From an uncultured Bacillota bacterium (GTDB lineage: Bacteria > Bacillota_I > Bacilli_A > RF39 > UBA660), in assembly GCA_945867665.1 (NCBI GenBank), contig CAMBIR010000002.1:48039-112038 (forward strand): a DNA stretch of 64,000 nucleotides, read 5' to 3'. A model generated the notes under the pieces. The model did not search any database and was not told the DNA's origin. It was given only the letters and a program-made list of their open reading frames with translations. Below, piece by piece: positions 57,844 to 64,000 of this stretch. Position 1 is the stretch's first letter; every line of letters begins with the position of its first letter. A program made the position numbers and the translations under genes.

Positions 57844-58647
57844 ATGAGTAAATTTATTCAAAGTGAGAAATTTTTTATGCCAATTATTTATATTGGTGTT
57901 GGTGTTTTGATTTATATGCTTATTGCTAAAGTTATTACCGATCTTAGTCGGATTAATATTAAGCATGTTGGAAAAGGAAGTGGAATTGATAAGAGAAAGG
58001 TTACGGTTGTTAATTTAATTAAGAATATTATTAAGTATGTTATTGCCATTATTGTGATTATTTTGATTCTTAATTTATATGGAATTAATACCACTAGTAT
58101 TATTGCTTCTTTGGGGGTTGCTGGTGTTGTTGTTGGTCTTGCTTTTCAAGATATTGTTAAAGATTTTTTAGCGGGAATTTTTATTATTTTTGATAATGCC
58201 TATGCTGTTGGGGACTGGGTTGAAATTAATGGATTTAAGGGAGAGGTGATTTCCCTTGGTTTAAAGACAACAAAGGTTAAGGCTTATACGGGAGAAGTAA
58301 TGATTTTATCCAATTCTTCTTTTAATAAGGTCGTTAATTTTAATTTAAATCATACGAAGTTAGTATTAATGATTCCTGTTTCTTATGATACTAAGATAGA
58401 ACATTTAGAAAGTGTTTTAGAAGAAATTAAAAAAGAAGTGGTAAAGATGAAGCATGTTTATACGATGGAACTTTTGGGTGTTGATGAATTTGCAGATAGT
58501 AGTGTTAATTATGCTGTTATGATAGATTGTGCCGCAATGCAACATGTTGGGATAAAAAGGCAAGTTCTTAAGTTAATTAAGCTTCGGTTTGATCAGGAAG
58601 GAATAGAAATTCCTTATCAAAAAGTTGATGTAAATATAATGAAATAG
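57844..58647 (+). CDS. MscS-family mechanosensitive channel
   Basis: GVAGVVVGLAFQDIVKDFLAGIFIIFDNAYAVGDWVEINGFKGEVISLGLKTT. Confidence 0.85.
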   Translation: MSKFIQSEKFFMPIIYIGVGVLIYMLIAKVITDLSRINIKHVGKGSGIDKRKVTVVNLIKNIIKYVIAIIVIILILNLYGINTTSIIASLGVAGVVVGLAFQDIVKDFLAGIFIIFDNAYAVGDWVEINGFKGEVISLGLKTTKVKAYTGEVMILSNSSFNKVVNFNLNHTKLVLMIPVSYDTKIEHLESVLEEIKKEVVKMKHVYTMELLGVDEFADSSVNYAVMIDCAAMQHVGIKRQVLKLIKLRFDQEGIEIPYQKVDVNIMK

Positions 58648-58666
58648 AAGTAGGAGATGTTAGATA

Positions 58667-59257
58667 ATGAAAAAAACAGATAAGATAGCCGTTTTTAAAA
58701 CAGAGATAAATTATGTTAAAGATAGTACTTTGAGAGAAGATTTGAAAGTGTTAATTGGATTACTTCCTGATTATTTTTTTGAGATTCCTGCTAGTTCTAC
58801 GGGAAAATATCATCCTGCATTTTCTTTAGGGGATGGTGGGCTTGTTCGTCATACGAAGGCTGCGGTTCGAATTGCTAATGAACTTCTTAATAATAATACA
58901 GTTGGTTCTAAATTTAGTTTGCATGATAAAGATTTAATTATTATTGCACTAGCTTTACATGATGGTGTGAAAAGTGGAATGGAACATAGTCAGTATACTA
59001 AATTTGATCATCCGTTGCTTGCTTCTAAGTTAATTATGGAAAATAAGGATAAAGTATCAATGGAGGTAGATGATTTACGTAAAGTATGTTCGATGATAGA
59101 GTCTCATATGGGCGAATGGACTTATGATAATTATCATAAAAAAGAGGTATTACCTAAACCTAGAACGGCGGAACAAAGATTTGTTCATATGTGTGACTTT
59201 TTAGCGAGTCGAAAGTTTTTAGATATTAAATTTTTAGATAATGAAATTATAGAATAG
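58667..59257 (+). CDS. HD-domain phosphohydrolase
   Basis: Motifs: GKYHP...VRHT...ALHDG...ESHMG. Confidence 0.6.
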   Translation: MKKTDKIAVFKTEINYVKDSTLREDLKVLIGLLPDYFFEIPASSTGKYHPAFSLGDGGLVRHTKAAVRIANELLNNNTVGSKFSLHDKDLIIIALALHDGVKSGMEHSQYTKFDHPLLASKLIMENKDKVSMEVDDLRKVCSMIESHMGEWTYDNYHKKEVLPKPRTAEQRFVHMCDFLASRKFLDIKFLDNEIIE

Positions 59258-59443
59258 AAGGATTTTACAGTAGTAGTTGATGAGGAAAATACTTAATTTA
59301 GATTTATTTATAAGATATAGATAGATTTATTTTTAAGTATTTTTCTTTTTTCAAGTATTTGTAAAGCAATTGTCAAGTGAAGATATTTTTTTCTAGTAAA
59401 GTACTTATTTTATGTTATGATAATGATAAGAGGATGTGTGGAT

Positions 59444-60619
59444 ATGAAAAAAGTATTTTCTAAATTAGATAAACCATTACTTTTTATGATTATTTCTTTT
59501 TTTATCTTTGGACTAGTAATGGTTCTTAGTGCCTCTAGTATGGAAAGTTATATGCGCTACGGTTATGGACCTTATCATTATTTTTGTAGACAAGCTATTT
59601 TTATTGGAATTGGCTTTTTGTTATTTCTTTTTCTTATTCATATTCCAACAAAGTTTTACCGAGGAATAACTTATGTTTTGATGTTTGGAATTATTGGTGT
59701 TTTAATTGCCTTAAATATTTATGGTCATGTTGCGAATAGTGCTCAAAGTTGGTTTAAGGTAGGTGGGATATCTATTCAGCCTAGTGAGTTTGCTAAGGTG
59801 ATTATTATTTTATTTTTAGCAGCTTATTATGAAAAGCATAAGGATGGTATGGATAATCTTTTTGTCATCATTCGACCAATTATTCTTGTCGTTGTTATTT
59901 TTTTACTGGTTGCGACTCAACCAGATTTGGGGACTGCTTTGATTATTGCGGGGATTACTTTTTTTATTTTTATGTCACTTCCGATTCCTAAAAAATTGTC
60001 GAGGAAGATTTCTTTTTTCTTAATTATTGCTGTTATTGTAGGTGGTGGTGTGCTAGCGATTTCTTCAAAGTATTTTTTAAAAAGTTATCAGTTGGAACGT
60101 TTTAATTTTAAAGATCCTTGTTTAAGGTATAAGGATGAGTCAGGATATCAGTTATGTAATAGTTTTATTGCTTTTAAAAATGGGGGAGTGACAGGACAAG
60201 GAATTGGGAAGAGTACTCAAAAATACTTATATTTACCGGAATCTTACACTGATTTTATTTTTCCTATTATTGTAGAGGAATGGGGAGCAACGGTTGGGGT
60301 TATTATTGTTTTTATGTATCTTTTTGTGATTTATCGTTTGTATCGAATTGCAAGGAGGGCTGTTAATTTACAAGGTTCAATTCTAGCTTATGGGGTTTGT
60401 GTATATTTATTTTTGCATATTTCGATTAATTTGATTGGAGTTACTGGTCTTGGTCCTTTGACTGGGGTGCCGCTACCTTTTTTAAGTTATGGTGGGAGTT
60501 ACGTGGTTAGTTTGTTTTCTTCCCTTGGTATTGCTCAAAGGGTATGTATTGAAAGTGTTAGTAAAAAAGAAAGTCAAGAGAGAAAAAAGGCAAAAAAAAA
60601 GAAGTCAGGAAACGTGTAG
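59444..60619 (+). CDS. SEDS-family peptidoglycan polymerase (FtsW/RodA/SpoVE)
   Basis: Start at the ATG at 59444 (MKKVFSKLDKPLL). Motifs: QPSEFAK, QPDLGTAL, LPFLSYGGS. Confidence 0.85.
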   Translation: MKKVFSKLDKPLLFMIISFFIFGLVMVLSASSMESYMRYGYGPYHYFCRQAIFIGIGFLLFLFLIHIPTKFYRGITYVLMFGIIGVLIALNIYGHVANSAQSWFKVGGISIQPSEFAKVIIILFLAAYYEKHKDGMDNLFVIIRPIILVVVIFLLVATQPDLGTALIIAGITFFIFMSLPIPKKLSRKISFFLIIAVIVGGGVLAISSKYFLKSYQLERFNFKDPCLRYKDESGYQLCNSFIAFKNGGVTGQGIGKSTQKYLYLPESYTDFIFPIIVEEWGATVGVIIVFMYLFVIYRLYRIARRAVNLQGSILAYGVCVYLFLHISINLIGVTGLGPLTGVPLPFLSYGGSYVVSLFSSLGIAQRVCIESVSKKESQERKKAKKKKSGNV

Positions 60620-60639
60620 TGTTTGGACTGACTTTTTTT
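60602..60639. terminator. Hairpin terminator between convergent genes
   Basis: AAGTCAG...CTGACTT 7-bp stem with a 19-nt loop, followed by T7. It overlaps the stop of the SEDS gene. Confidence 0.45.
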
Positions 60640-61060
60640 ATACTCCTTCAATGAAAGTATCATCTAGGCAACGAATGCAACAAACACAATTTAAGTTAAT
60701 TGTAAAGAATGAGTTTGTACTGGTGTAAGTATTATTGGAATTTGCGACTAATACTCGACAAGTTGCACAACATTCATCTAATTTTTCTACTCTGCAGATT
60801 GAAGATGTTGTTTCTTCTGTTGGTGATTTTGAGATTGGTAAGCTTAGTGGAATTCCATTAGAACCACAGGTATAGAGAACGATTGGTCTTGTATTATAAC
60901 ATGATGGGCAGCATTGTTGGCCTAAAAATCCACGGTCGCAGGTTTCTAGGCAGGTATCTGATTGGGTAGCACTTTGTTGAAGGATTAAGATAACCTTTAG
61001 GATGTCAGCGATGCAGTTATCGCAGGTATTTTTACATTCTTGATTATTCATTTTATCCAC
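60638..61060 (-). CDS. cotZ: Cys-rich spore coat/crust protein of the CotZ/CotY (ExsY) family
   Basis: CDNCIADILKVI near the N-terminus. CRVEKLDECCATCRVL parallels Bacillus FRVEKLCDCCATL. C-terminal INLNCVCCIRCL parallels VDLGCFCAIQCL. Confidence 0.7.
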   Translation of the reverse strand: MDKMNNQECKNTCDNCIADILKVILILQQSATQSDTCLETCDRGFLGQQCCPSCYNTRPIVLYTCGSNGIPLSLPISKSPTEETTSSICRVEKLDECCATCRVLVANSNNTYTSTNSFFTINLNCVCCIRCLDDTFIEGV

Positions 61061-61264
61061 CCCTTTATTATTAATTTCATTATAGTTTATGTATTTTTGA
61101 ATTAAAAATGTATTATTAATACCTAGTTTATGGAATTTGTTGTGAATGTTTTTTAGATGATATTTCGTTTATTTTTAATTATCTTATGGACAAAATTATT
61201 ATTAATTGATAAGATAGATGAAAAAGCAGTTATTGATAAATAGAAATTTATGGAAACTTACTAG

Positions 61265-61777
61265 ATGGGGATGAAAAAAATGTATAGTGTAGATAAAATT
61301 GCTCGCTACGTTGTTGCTTATTGTAATGGAAATGGTTATTATATTAGTAATTTGAAATTGCAAAAACTACTTTATTTTATTCAAATAAAGTTTTTAGTTG
61401 AGAAAAAGAAATTATGTTTTAATGAGGATATTATTGCAGTTGATTTTGGGGTAGTAATTCCTTCTGTTTTTGATCAGTATAAGAAGTATGGTTCTTCTTT
61501 AATACCGGCTGCTGGTGTTTTTAAGAGGGCATATTTTCCAATTGCTGATGAGGATAAAGATGTTATTGATGAAGTGATTAGTGATGTTGGAAATTATTCT
61601 TCTGAAATACTGTTGAAGGGAATAATTGAACATGATGTATGGAAGGATGCTTATCAAAATGGAACTTCAATTGTGATTCCTCAGGAAAATGTGGATAAAT
61701 ATTTGACGATTAGGCGAGAAAAAAGACCGGTAGTAAAGGCTAGGATATATAATTTTAATGAATATTTAAAAAAGTGA
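61265..61777 (+). CDS. Panacea (DUF4065, SocA/GepA-like) domain protein, candidate antitoxin
   Basis: SNLKLQKLLYFIQIKFLVEKKKLCFNEDIIAVDFGVVIPSVFDQYKKYG matches the DUF4065 core (KLQKLLYxxQ...AWxxGPVxxxVY). Confidence 0.7.
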   Translation: MGMKKMYSVDKIARYVVAYCNGNGYYISNLKLQKLLYFIQIKFLVEKKKLCFNEDIIAVDFGVVIPSVFDQYKKYGSSLIPAAGVFKRAYFPIADEDKDVIDEVISDVGNYSSEILLKGIIEHDVWKDAYQNGTSIVIPQENVDKYLTIRREKRPVVKARIYNFNEYLKK

Positions 61778-61799
61778 ATTTTTATTTGAGGAGGAATTT

Positions 61800-62381
61800 A
61801 TGAAACCAGAGGAAATGAATTTATTAAGGAAAAGGTATTATGATTTGAAGGGGCAAAAGGAAAAAATAATGAAGGTGAAGATGGATTTGTTAGAGTTAGA
61901 AAAATCACCAGAAGTTCAGAGATATTTAGAATTGGTAGGAGAATATCAAGAAATTAGGGATGAAGGAATAGCGGATATTGAAAATAAGGATGATGATTTT
62001 TTTATAAGAAGGGCTATCAATTTTTCGAAAATTACACCCACGAATGATATTTATGTTTATATTGGGGCCTATAAGTATAATTATGAGACTGATATTACTC
62101 ATGGGGTTAGTGATTATTTAGTGGGAAGAGGTGATGTTACAGCTGATTATTTTGTTTATTATAATTTAGAGGAGAGGTATAGAAATTCGGTAGTAGTTCC
62201 TTATCAAGAAGTTAATGAATTTGAGGAAAGGCATCATATTATTATTCCTAAAGAATTTTTTAATCGAGATTATTATTTTTCTCATCTTCAAGAAGAATAT
62301 TTTAAGACTATTGTTTTAGAATCTGAGGAACAAGCATTTTTAAAGGTTAAAAAATTATTTAAAGAAAATACCAAGAATTAG
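61800..62381 (+). CDS. 193-aa protein of unknown function, candidate toxin partner of the Panacea gene
   Basis: GAGGAGG RBS, 22 nt after the upstream stop. N-terminal coiled coil followed by a Tyr-rich globular part. No TM and no motif I recognise. Confidence 0.35.
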   Translation: MKPEEMNLLRKRYYDLKGQKEKIMKVKMDLLELEKSPEVQRYLELVGEYQEIRDEGIADIENKDDDFFIRRAINFSKITPTNDIYVYIGAYKYNYETDITHGVSDYLVGRGDVTADYFVYYNLEERYRNSVVVPYQEVNEFEERHHIIIPKEFFNRDYYFSHLQEEYFKTIVLESEEQAFLKVKKLFKENTKN

Positions 62382-62612
62382 AAATTGTTTGGAAGAAGAA
62401 TTAATGATAATTATTTCTTCTATATTTTTAAGTATTATTTGTTAATTGTTAGTTTAGTAAAATAATGATTTTTATTTTTTTTGCTGTTAGTAAGGTGGTT
62501 CGTTTAAGAATTTGATTCGTGCAATGAAAAAACTCTCTTAAAATTGTGGGAAAATTACACGAATTCTTACACGAAGTTACTTTCTGATAGTGCGATTTTT
62601 GGAGGTGGCCAC

Positions 62613-64000
62613 ATGTTTAAATTGGTATCAAAATATCAGCCAAATGGAGATCAACCTGAGGCAATAAAAGAGTTAGTTAGTGGGATTAAAAATGGGCGTA
62701 AAGAGCAGGTTTTATTGGGTGCAACGGGTACTGGAAAGACATTTACAATTGCTAATGTTATCAATGAAGTTCAGAAACCAACTTTGGTTCTTGCTCATAA
62801 CAAAACTTTGGCTGGTCAATTGTATTCTGAGTTGAAGGAATTGTTTCCAGAGAACAGAGTAGAATACTTTGTATCATATTACGATTATTATCAACCAGAG
62901 GCATACGTTCCTAGTACAGATACTTATATTGAAAAGGATAGTTCGATTAATGATGAGATTGATGAGTTGAGGCATAGTGCAACTTCTGGTTTATTGTCAA
63001 GACGAGATATTATTGTCGTAGCGTCAGTGTCCTGCATTTATGGTATTGGAGAAGTGGAAGACTACAAGAATAAAATACTTACTTTGAATGTTGGCGATGA
63101 AATAGAGAGAGAAGAGGTATTAAAAAGACTTGTTGATATGTTATATGAAAGAAATGAAATGGATTTTAAAAGGGGAACTTTTCGCTCTAAGGGAGATGTT
63201 ATTGAAGTTATTCCTAGTTATGAGAGAAAAAATGGGATTCGTATAGAATTTTTTGGGGATGAAATTGATCGGATTTCTTCTTTTGATGTTGTAACTGGGC
63301 AAGCACTTAATAATAAAAAATCAATTTCTATTTTTCCAGCATCCCACTTTGTTACGGATGAGGAAAAGTTAAAAGTTTCTATTGAAAGAATTCGTCATGA
63401 ATGTGATGAGAGATGTCAGTACTTTAAGGAACATGGTAAATTGATTGAGGAACAAAGAATTCGGGAGCGATGTAATTATGATATGGAAATGCTTGAAGAA
63501 ACAGGATTTTGTCATGGAATAGAAAATTATTCTAGACATATTGCTTTAAGGAAAGAAGGAGAAACGCCTACTTGTTTAATTGATTTTTTTCCTAAGGATT
63601 TTTTGATGGTTATTGATGAGTCACATGTTACGATTCCTCAGGTAAGGGGGATGTATAATGGAGATAGGGCTAGAAAAATGAATTTGGTTGATTATGGTTT
63701 TCGTCTTCCTAGTGCTTTAGATAATCGTCCTTTAAAGTTTGATGAGTTTGAAAAAAAGATTAATCAGGTTATTTATGTTTCGGCTACTCCTGGGGATTAT
63801 GAGATGGAACATGTTAAGGGGCATGTTGTTGAGCAGATTATTCGTCCGACAGGGCTTTTAGATCCTTTGATTGAAGTAAGAAATACCAAAAATCAAATTG
63901 ATAATTTGGTTGAAGAAATTGAGAAACGTATTTCTCTTAACGAGAGAGTTTTGATTACAACTTTGACGATTCGAATGGCTGAAGAGTTAAGTAATTATCT
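62613..64000 (+). CDS. uvrB: Excinuclease ABC subunit B (5' part; runs off the window)
   Basis: [36 protein letters not shown]...[17 protein letters not shown]...[12 protein letters not shown]...VIDESHVT. Absent from the track because no stop lies within the window. Confidence 0.95.
   Translation, partial: MFKLVSKYQPNGDQPEAIKELVSGIKNGRKEQVLLGATGTGKTFTIANVINEVQKPTLVLAHNKTLAGQLYSELKELFPENRVEYFVSYYDYYQPEAYVPSTDTYIEKDSSINDEIDELRHSATSGLLSRRDIIVVASVSCIYGIGEVEDYKNKILTLNVGDEIEREEVLKRLVDMLYERNEMDFKRGTFRSKGDVIEVIPSYERKNGIRIEFFGDEIDRISSFDVVTGQALNNKKSISIFPASHFVTDEEKLKVSIERIRHECDERCQYFKEHGKLIEEQRIRERCNYDMEMLEETGFCHGIENYSRHIALRKEGETPTCLIDFFPKDFLMVIDESHVTIPQVRGMYNGDRARKMNLVDYGFRLPSALDNRPLKFDEFEKKINQVIYVSATPGDYEMEHVKGHVVEQIIRPTGLLDPLIEVRNTKNQIDNLVEEIEKRISLNERVLITTLTIRMAEELSNY

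Overview
AT-rich (by eye about 30% GC) chromosomal segment of a low-GC, endospore-forming Firmicute. Support for that placement: a SigK-like pro-sigma factor, a CotZ/CotY-like coat protein, and Bacillus-type synteny (yqeG-yqeH, mrnC-rlmB-sigH, rpsU-yqeY, ytxG-ytxH). The standard genetic code applies, since TGA is used as a stop. Nearly all genes are on the + strand.

Content from left to right:
- The 3' part of a Tad/Flp pilus locus: tadB, tadC, a tiny pilin-like gene, two paralogous pseudopilin-like genes and a TadZ-like pseudo-ATPase.
- An envelope-glycosylation block with four GT-C-type polytopic enzymes (one YfhO, two tandem 449-aa paralogs), a GtrA-GT2 fusion and a HAD hydrolase.
- Housekeeping genes: lgt, trxB, yqeG, yqeH, mrnC, rlmB, sigH-like, uvrA and a xer recombinase.
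- A seven-gene F1-like ATPase operon with non-canonical gene order. Its c-like subunit lacks the helix-2 carboxylate and no a subunit is recognisable. The operon ends in a small acidic ORF and a textbook Flp prepilin.
- htpG with a CIRCE-like operator, then rpsU-yqeY, rbfA-nrnA-truB, ftsA-ftsZ, and rpoZ followed by an orphan type IV pilin.
- ytxG/ytxH-like and sigK-like genes.
- A Val-Thr-Tyr-Gln-Lys tRNA array, a GH25-CW_7-LysM lysozyme, and rnj.
- Three tandem TasA/camelysin-like genes with SipW-type signal peptides.
- fmt, asnB, mscS, an ftsW-family gene, a cotZ-like gene, a Panacea (DUF4065) two-gene module, and the 5' part of uvrB.

I found no rRNA, CRISPR array, transposase or convincing prophage. 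The most noteworthy items are the F1-like ATPase/Flp operon, the TasA-like triplet and the Panacea module. All functional calls rest on motif recognition by eye and on gene context; no database search was run.
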